Source of the DNA: an uncultured Planctomycetia bacterium
Lineage (GTDB): Bacteria; Omnitrophota; Gorgyraeia; 2-02-FULL-51-18
Length of the DNA stretch: 64,000 nt
Direction: 5' to 3'
Assembly (NCBI GenBank): GCA_964642015.1
Contig: CAZXLF010000005.1
Location: forward strand, 75,847-139,846
Part shown: piece by piece, positions 1 to 8,768 of the stretch
Layout: each line of letters begins with the position of its first letter
Numbering within the stretch: the stretch's first letter is position 1
The notes under the pieces: generated by a model
The model's input: only the letters and a program-made list of their open reading frames with translations
Told to the model about the DNA's origin: nothing
Databases searched by the model: none
Made by a program: the position numbers and the translations under genes

Positions 1-2473
1 CTGTGGTAGTTACATTAAGATCAATATGATAATTACCTATTGGAACGCCAGTTGCATTCCAAGTGCCCAAAAGTCCATTCACGATCTTTTGAGTACCTCC
101 ATTTGCTAACGTAACGTTTGCTGAAGAGAGCGGTGTGTAATCGGCCTTTAAGATCTGGATCGTGTAACTTTGAAAATTCACAGGGTTCACGATACCGCGA
201 ATCTCGACATTTCCTCCTTTGCGGAAAAAAAGTTTGGGATCGTTACTCGGGCTATACTGAGGATCTGTGATGCTGACCCGGTCAATCCGTACCAAGATCC
301 TATCTTCGAAAACCTGGCCTTTCTGATTGGTCGCCGTAAGACGAATGGTTTTGAATCCATCGGTGATCGACGTAATATCCCAGGTTTTGGGCTGAGTAGG
401 TGGCGATGTTCCTTGTTCTATAAGTGTCCAAGACGAGGGATTTGGTGTATCGGCAGAAGTATCCCCATAATACATTTTCCAGCTAACTAGTCCCGTTCCC
501 TCTAGTGTATATTGAATTGGGATCGAGTTTCCAGACCATACCTTAGTCGTGGGCGACAGAATATGAACGCCTATCGGTTGATCGACTGACAATGCCTTCA
601 GGGCATTGACTCTTCCATAACCAGATTGATAATCGTACCCAGGAGTCGAAACATCATCCGTTCCAAAACGGATAGCTTGACGGACTTGCTCTACGGTAAA
701 TACGGGATGTAATGCTTTCACAAGCGCTGCCACACCGGCCACCTCAGGCGATGCCATAGAAGTACCACTCTGGCGAAGATAGTTACCGCTACTATCTGGT
801 ACACGAAGAGCGCCGTTACCCGTAAAATCACTAGTTGCCTGCGAAGCGCAAAGAGAGAGAACGGATTGAGCTTGAGTGCCCGACGAAAGCGTGTAGGATT
901 GGTCTCCTCCGCCTGGAGCTCCTACGTCAATTTTTGGACCAAAATTGGAAAAAGCAGCGACCGTATCACTTGAATCAGTGGCAGCAACTGTAATAACATC
1001 GCTGATATTGGCTGGTTCAGTACCTCCATCATCCTGTGTTCCAACATCACTCGTGCTGTTTCCAGCGGCACAGACGACGACGACATTATATCCTGTCGCA
1101 TAATGCACTGCGTCCAAGATAATTCCCTGTGCCGCGCCGGGGGCTCCCCAACTGCAATTTACTATGTCTGCCCCATGATCGACCGCATAATGAATTGTCT
1201 GGGCCAAATCTGTGATGAGTCCTGTACCATTTGCGCCAATTCCTTTGACAGCCATAATCAGCGCATAAGGAGCAACTCCAATTATTCCAGTTGAATTGTT
1301 ACCCGCTGCCGCAATAATCCCGGCGACATGCGTACCATGTCCATGATCGTCCATAGGGTCGGTAGTACCTGAAACAAAATTGTATCCGTGAGTTCCATCA
1401 GGAGCGCTCCAAATGGTTGAATCCGGGTTGCCTTGATCGTTGATAAATTTAAAGTCGGGATGGTTATAATCAACCCCCGTATCCGAGACAGCGACAACTA
1501 TCCTTTTACCGCTTGCGGTCTTGCCTTTAGTAATATCCCAAGCCTGAGCATTTTGCATCTTCTTTGTTGGCCACATATCATAAACAGTAGCAGGCTGTCC
1601 CCATGAGCCCGAACTAGAAAAATAAGGGTCGTTTGGATTCCAGCTTGCCTTCATATAAGAGTTGCGATGGGCATATTCTACGTCAGAGCTGTCTTTATAA
1701 CTTTTTTCTATCTCGTCTACATTTTGAGATTCATTGAATTTAAGGACATAAATCTGGTCTAGGGCGGGAGGATCAACATTGCGATTTTTAAACGATTCAT
1801 TCATGGCTTTGAGTTTTGCCGCTTTAGCTTCCCACTTTTCCAGTTCATCGTTTAACGCTTTTTTTTCAGTTTCAATCTTCTTTTGATACTTTTTATAATC
1901 GTCCGAATCTTTATCGTTCTGCCAATACCAAACTTCATGAGTTTCCGTCAGCTTCTCGATCTTTTTCTTTACACGAGACACCTGTTCATTGGGATCTAAA
2001 TAGCCTGGGAAAGCCTTGTCAACAGAAGTAACTTTAAATTTATCATTGAGAGCTTGTATATCGGATATTGTGTGGCCTTCTTTTAATTTAACAACCAATT
2101 CCCCTTGCTTATAACTGGGTTCTTGATCACGTCCGTTTGACACTATACCGCTCGTGGAAGATGTAGGATTAGAAGCGGCATCCATCGATTCAGAGAAAGG
2201 AAAAGTGTTTGTGTTAGATGTTACCGAAGTACTCAAAGAAGCTTTATTGGGGTCGGCATTTTCTGTTCCGTTTATTTTTTGTATGACAGACACCCGATCA
2301 TCGGTTGCACTACTCGATGTGAAAACTCTTGGAAGACTTGGAGAGCCGTCGCTTGATGCTTTAGCAAAAGCTTTAACAATATCATCTCTATATACAGAAA
2401 CGGAAAATAAAAGGAATGAAATAGAAAGGAAAACACAAATAGTTTTATAAAGTATTCTATTTAAATTTTTCAT
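1..2473 (-). CDS. S8 family (subtilisin-like) serine peptidase with signal peptide and prodomain; 3' end runs off the window
   Basis: Not in the ORF track; translated manually from ATG 2473 (MKNLNRILYKTICVFLSISFLLFSVSV...). Catalytic motifs VAVSDTGVD, DDHGHGTHVAG (~1320-1352), oxyanion AAGNS and GTSMASP (~750-770) lie in one open frame. Confidence 0.93.
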   Translation of the reverse strand, partial: MKNLNRILYKTICVFLSISFLLFSVSVYRDDIVKAFAKASSDGSPSLPRVFTSSSATDDRVSVIQKINGTENADPNKASLSTSVTSNTNTFPFSESMDAASNPTSSTSGIVSNGRDQEPSYKQGELVVKLKEGHTISDIQALNDKFKVTSVDKAFPGYLDPNEQVSRVKKKIEKLTETHEVWYWQNDKDSDDYKKYQKKIETEKKALNDELEKWEAKAAKLKAMNESFKNRNVDPPALDQIYVLKFNESQNVDEIEKSYKDSSDVEYAHRNSYMKASWNPNDPYFSSSGSWGQPATVYDMWPTKKMQNAQAWDITKGKTASGKRIVVAVSDTGVDYNHPDFKFINDQGNPDSTIWSAPDGTHGYNFVSGTTDPMDDHGHGTHVAGIIAAAGNNSTGIIGVAPYALIMAVKGIGANGTGLITDLAQTIHYAVDHGADIVNCSWGAPGAAQGIILDAVHYATGYNVVVVCAAGNSTSDVGTQDDGGTEPANISDVITVAATDSSDTVAAFSNFGPKIDVGAPGGGDQSYTLSSGTQAQSVLSLCASQATSDFTGNGALRVPDSSGNYLRQSGTSMASPEVAGVAALVKALHPVFTVEQVRQAIRFGTDDVSTPGYDYQSGYGRVNALKALSVDQPIGVHILSPTTKVWSGNSIPIQYTLEGTGLVSWKMYYGDTSADTPNPSSWTLIEQGTSPPTQPKTWDITSITDGFKTIRLTATNQKGQVFEDRILVRIDRVSITDPQYSPSNDPKLFFRKGGNVEIRGIVNPVNFQSYTIQILKADYTPLSSANVTLANGGTQKIVNGLLGTWNATGVPIGNYHIDLNVTTT

Positions 2474-2681
2474 TTTTCTTAATATTTTTTTCCATTTTAT
2501 TTATATCCTTTAATAGACTATAAACTTATTTAAACTATTTAATAAGTAGCTTACATTTATATTTTTTAGAATTCAATGGAAGCTTTGATGTTTTTAACAA
2601 TAAACTTTATATAAGTACTTATAAATAAAAGAGTAATATAAATGATTATTTAAGATAATAGTATAGGATGGGTTTACTTGA

Positions 2682-3170
2682 CTACTGCTCTTTTGAGGGA
2701 GTTACTACAACACGGCCGAGATCGACCTTTTCGAGGTTCTCGGAGGCGATGAGAGCAGCTTGTTGCGTGGTGACCTTATTGAAAGTTTCCTTAAGTTCTT
2801 TATACCTAGACTCAGCGGTTGACAGAGAACTCTCAATGTTCTCTATTTTTTGATTGAATAATGACAAAGAAACCGCCTGGGAACCATATTCATGGATCGT
2901 CTGGCGCAAAGTGGAAATATCATCATTTTCCCCGGTTACTTTTCCATTTAATGCATCCAAAGTTGTTTTCATTGACTGCACGTCTGTCCTTAAACTATTT
3001 AGGTTAGTTTCAAAAGATTTGATCGAATTATCTAAGAGCTGCAAATCTTTTGTTAAATTTAATATCTCAGATCTATGGTTTTCCAATGTCCTATAACCCT
3101 TGTTCGCTGAAAACACCAAAAAGACAAGCGTAACGATACCAAATATTGCCGTTAGATATGATCGCTTCAA
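2682..3170 (-). CDS. Membrane-anchored coiled-coil protein with C-terminal TonB-box-like motif
   Basis: TTG start with AGGAG RBS, 16 nt after the secretin stop. N-terminal hydrophobic helix, ~120 aa of heptad-rich sequence, C-terminus VDLGRVVVTPSKEQ. Confidence 0.8.
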   Translation of the reverse strand: MKRSYLTAIFGIVTLVFLVFSANKGYRTLENHRSEILNLTKDLQLLDNSIKSFETNLNSLRTDVQSMKTTLDALNGKVTGENDDISTLRQTIHEYGSQAVSLSLFNQKIENIESSLSTAESRYKELKETFNKVTTQQAALIASENLEKVDLGRVVVTPSKEQ

Positions 3171-3186
3171 GAGTCCTTCTCCTAGT

Positions 3187-5076
3187 TTATTCGTACTGCA
3201 ATGTCACTATAAAATTTTCCGTATCTTTTTTTATAAAAGGAGGGAAAGGATCAAAAGGCGCGGCCTGCTTAACTCGTCGAATGGAATCTTCCCCGATCTC
3301 TGGACTTGATGATAAAACACTCTCAGGTTCTCCGGCGATCTCTCCGTCACGTTTAAGTCGAAAAAAAACTTTCGCCATTCCCTTTTTATCCTGGATATCA
3401 GAGCTCGGAATGCTTTCTATCTTCTTGACCAGATCTCCATAATATTTTTTCTTTTCGATTTCTTCCGTATTGCCGTCGGGCAATTCTAATTTCTTATGAT
3501 ATTCATCCTTTACTAGCTGTTCTTTGTCCAAATGAAACCGTGCTCCTTCTTTAGGTGTCATTTGACTCATATCATTGATGCCCTTTTCTGAATTGATCAC
3601 ATGCGGCGTCAAAAGGATCACTAAATCAGATGCATCCTGTTCATTGCTTTGATTTTTAAATCCATTACCTATGATCGGCATATCACCGATAAAAGGAACG
3701 CGTCTTTCAGTTTTGATCGATGATTCTTTCTTTAGACCACCTATAATGAGCGTCACCCCGTCCTTTACCCGAACTGAAGTTTCCGTTTCAGCAGTAGTAA
3801 CGATCGGTATCTTTTCTCCTTTGGCTGTTAATAAAGAATCATCCGCTGAACTCACTTCCGGCTTGATCTTCATCGTCACAAAGCCATTATCATTGATCGT
3901 CGGCGTCACATATAACTTGATTCCGACGTCAATGAAATTAATGGTCTCAGATGTAGTGACAACTCCCCCATCTCCGGTAACTGTGGTTTGTTGCGCATAA
4001 GGTTGACGTGTCCCTACAAGGATCTTAGCTTCCTGGTTATTTAAAACCGTTACTCTCGGGCTTGAAAGTATCTTTGTATCACCAACCGTTCGGAGTAGAT
4101 CGATGATGGATTTATATTCTCCCGGAGAAGTAGGTGTCGCTGTGGAAGACTGGGCTGTCACTCCTAGAAAGATTTTATTCACCGCATCTGTGCTGGGAAG
4201 CGCAGATTGCAGCCTCAAGTTCTGACGAAAAAAATATTCCCAGTCCACACCCATTTCAAATTTACTATTAGGCTTCACTTCTACAACTTGTGCATCAATC
4301 AATACCTGCGGAGATTGTTTATCAAAATTTTGGATAAGCTTTTCAAGAGCCGGCATTTTAGCCACATAATCGGTCACGGCGATTTGATTGGTCCGCTCGT
4401 CGATCCGAACAGATCCCACTCCTTTGGTGATTTCATCCTGGATCTTCGCTCCCAATTTATCCGCTTGACCGTAATAAAGCGGAAATATCTTCGTCGTGAC
4501 AGGCAAATCGATTTGATGAAGCACCTCAACCATTTTATCGGCTTTCAAAGGATCATCGATCAGGATCACTAAATTGGCATTTGCGTCCGGGATTATTTTA
4601 CCGAATGAACTTTTCAGCTGCGAGATCGTTTTCGCTGCCTCTTCCGCTTTAGCATATTTTAGCATTACCGTGCGTACGGCTTTCTTTTGATAACTATCTC
4701 CATGCAGTCCTTCGTAATCGCTTCTCGTCATCACATAAAAAATGCCGTCATTGTTTTCGTAGGCCAATTCGTTACTGTAGATCAAAATATCAAAAGCGTC
4801 TTGAAGACTAACATTTTTCAGGAAAAGCGTCACGCGACCGGTGACATTCTTCCCAACGGAAATGTTCATATTATAATTCGAGGCGAATATCTTAAGCACT
4901 TCTATGATATCCATACCACGCACATCGAGATTGATCTTTTCCGGCACAGGAGGCTGAATCGATGAGAGGCCCTTATCATTCGTCGGTAAAGAAACGGGCC
5001 CTTCGGCTGCGATGACCGCAGAAGAAAATAAAATCGCGACACTCGCAAAAATGATCGAAGCCGGTTTCAATCTCAT
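3187..5076 (-). CDS. gspD: Type II secretion secretin (GspD/PilQ family) with STN/N domains and a C-terminal TonB_C-like domain
   Basis: Signal peptide from ATG 5076. Secretin motifs QVLIDAQVVEV, ILSSPRVTVLNNQEAKILVG, VKDGVTLIIGGL, VPFIGDMPIIG and LVILLTPHVI, followed by an extra ~85-aa C-terminal domain. Confidence 0.92.
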   Translation of the reverse strand: MRLKPASIIFASVAILFSSAVIAAEGPVSLPTNDKGLSSIQPPVPEKINLDVRGMDIIEVLKIFASNYNMNISVGKNVTGRVTLFLKNVSLQDAFDILIYSNELAYENNDGIFYVMTRSDYEGLHGDSYQKKAVRTVMLKYAKAEEAAKTISQLKSSFGKIIPDANANLVILIDDPLKADKMVEVLHQIDLPVTTKIFPLYYGQADKLGAKIQDEITKGVGSVRIDERTNQIAVTDYVAKMPALEKLIQNFDKQSPQVLIDAQVVEVKPNSKFEMGVDWEYFFRQNLRLQSALPSTDAVNKIFLGVTAQSSTATPTSPGEYKSIIDLLRTVGDTKILSSPRVTVLNNQEAKILVGTRQPYAQQTTVTGDGGVVTTSETINFIDVGIKLYVTPTINDNGFVTMKIKPEVSSADDSLLTAKGEKIPIVTTAETETSVRVKDGVTLIIGGLKKESSIKTERRVPFIGDMPIIGNGFKNQSNEQDASDLVILLTPHVINSEKGINDMSQMTPKEGARFHLDKEQLVKDEYHKKLELPDGNTEEIEKKKYYGDLVKKIESIPSSDIQDKKGMAKVFFRLKRDGEIAGEPESVLSSSPEIGEDSIRRVKQAAPFDPFPPFIKKDTENFIVTLQYE

Positions 5077-5095
5077 GACTTTATATAGCTCTAAT

Positions 5096-5689
5096 CTAAA
5101 GGGCAAGGTCATATTTTTCCCCTTTATAGTTCAGTGTAACACGGCCGGAAGTCACCTTTTCTATCTGAAAGGAATCTATTGTATCTCCCTCTCTAACATA
5201 AAATACTTTTTGGATTTTCTTATTTTCGATCACCGCTTGCGGATTTTTTCCATCTATGACCGCGACTAAATTAAGATCTTTGAATGCCTCAGAGCTAGTT
5301 TGATTTGAGGCGGTTCCCGAATCAGCGCTTCCTCCTAGCGGTTCAAACACGTTCCTTCTAGAAATTTCGGCAATAAATGCTTGTTTTGACAAAGGCTCTT
5401 TCAAAGCGTTCGCGTCGTCCTGAGATGGGGAAGAAAAGCTTCTAGCATTCTCCCTGACATTATCGCTGGGTTTATAAGGAAATATGAATGTGTATACCAA
5501 AAATGATGCGGATAAAAAAAGAGCTAAAAAAATGATATTCTGCGGGTGAAGCCATTTGACTTTTCGCAAAAGACCTAAAGAGATTTGCTGATGTGGGGCG
5601 TACTCGGAGGCCGATCTCGCATCTTTCTTTTTTTCCTTCTCTCCGGCTCGGATCAGATGGAGAAGTTTTTCCTCTGGTGTCGGGCTCAT
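5096..5689 (-). CDS. GspC/PilP-like protein (TM helix + HR domain)
   Basis: Single TM helix; C-terminal LNLVAVIDGKNPQAVIEN...FYVREGDTIDSFQIEKVTSGRVTL is typical of T2SSC HR domains; lies directly before the secretin. Confidence 0.75.
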   Translation of the reverse strand: MSPTPEEKLLHLIRAGEKEKKKDARSASEYAPHQQISLGLLRKVKWLHPQNIIFLALFLSASFLVYTFIFPYKPSDNVRENARSFSSPSQDDANALKEPLSKQAFIAEISRRNVFEPLGGSADSGTASNQTSSEAFKDLNLVAVIDGKNPQAVIENKKIQKVFYVREGDTIDSFQIEKVTSGRVTLNYKGEKYDLAL

Positions 5690-6507
5690 TATACGGCAAC
5701 CTCGTCACAGAGCACGCTGCGGACCAGTTCTTGATCAATAGACGATCTTTCTAAAATGATCGATTGCTTTAATGCATCATGACACAACATCGCAATACGT
5801 CTAGGGTAACCCTGGGTCTTTTCATAGATGAGCTGCACTGCTCCATCCGTGAACAATGGTTGTTTATCGGCGTAACCCGCCTTTTTTAAGCGGAACTCGA
5901 TCATACGAGCCGTATCTTTTTCATCGAGAGGATTGATCGTATATTTCAAGGCAACTCGATCCATAAAATTCCTAACCCGTTGAATCCTCTGAAAAAGTTC
6001 CATCTGGCCCATGATAACTAACTGAAGTAATTTGTAATTATTCGTCTCGTAATTCAAAAGCATTCTCAAAACTTCAAGATTTTCCGTCGATATTTTTTGG
6101 CTCTCATCAATGATTAGAATGATCACTTGATCTTCTTCCACGCCTTTTTGAAAAAGATATTTTTCTATCGCTTCCTTAAAATCGAGCGTCGAACGGAACG
6201 GCGGTTCAATATCGAATAATTTGGTAAGAGAAAAAAGGAATTGATATTCCGATTTGCATCCCGGATCCAGGATCATATGGAATATATAATTGGGGTCATC
6301 CTTAAAAGCTTTGATCAGCATCCGAGATAGAGTCGTTTTCCCGGTACCAACGTCTCCGAATACAAGATTGAGCCCCCGCCGAAGACGGATCGAAATTTCG
6401 AGGCGACGTAATGCAGTCTCGTGGCTTGTGGAATGGTAAAAAAAATCCGGATCCGGACTAGTTGAAAACGGCTCTAAATCAAGTCCTAAGGCTCTATAGT
6501 AACTCAT
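5689..6507 (-). CDS. ExeA/GspA-like AAA+ ATPase (ATPase domain only)
   Basis: PFSTSPDPDFFY, Walker A GDVGTGKTT, Walker B LIIDESQ, LLQLVIMGQ and GYPRRI. Confidence 0.88.
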   Translation of the reverse strand: MSYYRALGLDLEPFSTSPDPDFFYHSTSHETALRRLEISIRLRRGLNLVFGDVGTGKTTLSRMLIKAFKDDPNYIFHMILDPGCKSEYQFLFSLTKLFDIEPPFRSTLDFKEAIEKYLFQKGVEEDQVIILIIDESQKISTENLEVLRMLLNYETNNYKLLQLVIMGQMELFQRIQRVRNFMDRVALKYTINPLDEKDTARMIEFRLKKAGYADKQPLFTDGAVQLIYEKTQGYPRRIAMLCHDALKQSIILERSSIDQELVRSVLCDEVAV

Positions 6508-6715
6508 TTTTTATCTGCCGAATCGATAGCCCATCTTTTCTCATTCGACGGATCTTAAGGAGAACATGCACGCTATCTTCGTTAAAATAACGATAACCTG
6601 TTTCAGGACTTCGTGCCACCTCCTTAAAGAGACCATCCCTTAAGTAATATTTAAGAGTGTGAACAGAAAAACCTGTACGGCGCGCTAAATCTTTTAAAAG
6701 ATAGACTTCCTGGAT
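6494..6715 (-). CDS. MerR-family HTH protein (73 aa), probable ATC start
   Basis: Not in the ORF track. Reads (I/M)QEVYLLKDLARRTGFSVHTLKYYLRDGLFKEVARSPETGYRYFNEDSVHVLLKIRRMRKDGLSIRQIKNELL*. AGGAGG lies 5 nt before ATC, and the stop overlaps the exeA start. Confidence 0.85.
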   Translation of the reverse strand: MQEVYLLKDLARRTGFSVHTLKYYLRDGLFKEVARSPETGYRYFNEDSVHVLLKIRRMRKDGLSIRQIKNELL

Positions 6716-6732
6716 AAAAGCCTCCTGCTATC

Positions 6733-6776
6733 ACTCTCTGACCAGAGAGTATATCAAAAAAAGCAAAAATTAACAA
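6733..6776 (-). promoter_or_regulatory. Sigma70-type internal promoter with overlapping 8-2-8 inverted repeat (candidate operator)
   Basis: TTGTTA (6771-6776), 17 nt, TATACT (6748-6753) preceded by TG. Dyad ACTCTCTG-AC-CAGAGAGT at 6733-6750. Confidence 0.65.
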
Positions 6777-6814
6777 AATTATTAAATTTATAGTTATTTA
6801 TACAAAAGGCAAAT

Positions 6815-7336
6815 CTATGGCGAGTACGGGGAATAGAAAACAGAAACGATAAAAGAAGCATCCAGGTTATTAGAACCTATTTGAGACCCAATCGATAATC
6901 TTTCTATTCGAAAACTCGATAACGGTTGATCGAGCTCAAATATAAAGCCTGAAACTTTATCCGCTTGCCCTCGTATCCGTAAATTGATCAATATCTGCTT
7001 AAAAGATTTAAGTTGTTTGACACTTTCGGCGTCGGGGCGTATTTCTAAGACTTCAACATTATTCTCATGAGCGATCGTTTCGATAGACGACAGAATATCG
7101 GATGATTCTTTGAAAAATTTCAATGCAGATCCAGATCCTGACGGAACTGATAGATTCTTTTGATATTGATGGTATTTGAAGATTCTTTTCTGAACGGTAA
7201 TGATTTCTTTGCCCATCTTGGAATAATGATCGATAAAAGGCGAAAGAGCAAATTGATAAAAAAAAGCTAGAATGATAACTATCCCAGTCGCTACAAGAAT
7301 ATACCGTTCTCTTTCTGACAGACCCTTTTTTTCCAT
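6815..7336 (-). CDS. GspM/PilO-like inner-membrane platform protein
   Basis: LSERERYIL + TM helix + coiled coil + ferredoxin-like C-terminus; follows the GspL-like gene. Confidence 0.75.
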   Translation of the reverse strand: MEKKGLSERERYILVATGIVIILAFFYQFALSPFIDHYSKMGKEIITVQKRIFKYHQYQKNLSVPSGSGSALKFFKESSDILSSIETIAHENNVEVLEIRPDAESVKQLKSFKQILINLRIRGQADKVSGFIFELDQPLSSFRIERLSIGSQIGSNNLDASFIVSVFYSPYSP

Positions 7337-7361
7337 TTAAATGACCTTGTTCTCTATTATT

Positions 7362-8768
7362 TTAAGAACGCTTCGCACATACGATCTCAAAATCGACAGC
7401 CCCTGCATCGCGCCTGGTTATATAACGCACAGAGGCTTCAAAATCTTTTAAAATATCCGAATGATTTAGACTCGATACAAATCTTAAGAGATCATTATAA
7501 TCTTGCGCTCTTCCGCGTAACTCGATCGTGTTAGATTCTTCATACAAAAAATTTATAAGAGATATATTCTCGGGAAGCAGTTTATGAACTTCATAATAGG
7601 CGTAAACAGCCCTTGGCTGTTTTTCAAAATGATCTTTCAAAACTTCACGAGATCTTTCCATTTCTTCAAATACTTTGGTATCGGAAATAGTACTTTTAGA
7701 CTCGGTCTTTAGATGCCTAAGATAAGACGCTCTTATTTGAAAAATATGGAAAAACGAAACCCCCAACAGAAAAATAACCAAGGCGATCAATGATAAAATT
7801 TTGATTCGTTGATTTATTTCTTTATGTTTTTCCCTTTGTTGCCTTATTTTTTCAGGAATAAAATTAAGAGCGGGCTTAATGTCAGAAACGCCTAAAGCCG
7901 AAATGGGAAAATGTTCGATTTCGGCATTTTCCGGAAGCATGATCTTTTCATCGACCCATTGGGCGGTGTTCAATGGCATCGTTTCACAGACCAATCCCAG
8001 AGAAGACAAATCGGCGCTTGCTGCTTCAGCTTCTCTCTTTGACCCAAAAATGACGGTTTTTTCTATTTTAGAATCCAAATTCTCTTTTTTTAAAGATTGT
8101 ATGATCTGCAGGACCGCTGATCTAAGGTCACTTATCCAATCCGCGTTATTCCTGTCAAGACGCACGCATTTTTCAAGCAAAAGCACCTGATCCTTGCTCA
8201 CTGCCAATTCAGCAAAAAAATGACCCAATTCAATGGACAAAATGGATCCCTGGACAGAAAGAAAATTTCTTTTTGTGACGCAAGCAAGCCCGCTTGTTGA
8301 AAGCGTCACGAATATATTCCGCCTTCTTTTCATGAACGAATCCGCAAAAAAACGTTCTATGACCTTGGCCGGTACGATAACAAGGTGGACATGAGAATAG
8401 TTGTCTTCCGTTTTCTCGATTATTTCATAACCGATGGTCAATTCCTCCGATTGATAAGGCAAATATTTTGATGCTTGGAACCCAAGCATCTTTTCTATCT
8501 CGATCGGATCATGAGTGGGGACTTTCACATATCTGAATGTATAATCGAGAGCTGACAAAAGCACGATAACAGGCTCACCTCGATAGTTTTCCATCCTTAA
8601 GAATTCGTCCACCGCGAGTTCCAGTCTCTTGTCGTCGGAAAAATCTCCTGCTATAAAATGATAAAAAGATAATTTAGGCGGATCGGTCTTGGAGAAGGAA
8701 CATCTTAAAAGTTCAAGCCCCAGATTCTTGGATATTTTCACTACAAAATAATTCTTTAAGCGTACCAC
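7362..8768 (-). CDS. GspL / PilM-PilN-like protein
   Basis: Actin-like cytoplasmic part (RYVKVP...QASKYLPY), LNFIPE motif before the TM helix, PilN-like periplasmic C-terminus. Confidence 0.75.
   Translation of the reverse strand: MVRLKNYFVVKISKNLGLELLRCSFSKTDPPKLSFYHFIAGDFSDDKRLELAVDEFLRMENYRGEPVIVLLSALDYTFRYVKVPTHDPIEIEKMLGFQASKYLPYQSEELTIGYEIIEKTEDNYSHVHLVIVPAKVIERFFADSFMKRRRNIFVTLSTSGLACVTKRNFLSVQGSILSIELGHFFAELAVSKDQVLLLEKCVRLDRNNADWISDLRSAVLQIIQSLKKENLDSKIEKTVIFGSKREAEAASADLSSLGLVCETMPLNTAQWVDEKIMLPENAEIEHFPISALGVSDIKPALNFIPEKIRQQREKHKEINQRIKILSLIALVIFLLGVSFFHIFQIRASYLRHLKTESKSTISDTKVFEEMERSREVLKDHFEKQPRAVYAYYEVHKLLPENISLINFLYEESNTIELRGRAQDYNDLLRFVSSLNHSDILKDFEASVRYITRRDAGAVDFEIVCAKRS

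Noticed and set aside
170-2450. Short ORFs 170-490, 1103-1294, 1282-1497 and 2154-2450 from the ORF track
   Set aside because: They are antisense or out-of-frame shadows of the S8 peptidase, which the track missed because its stop lies outside the window.
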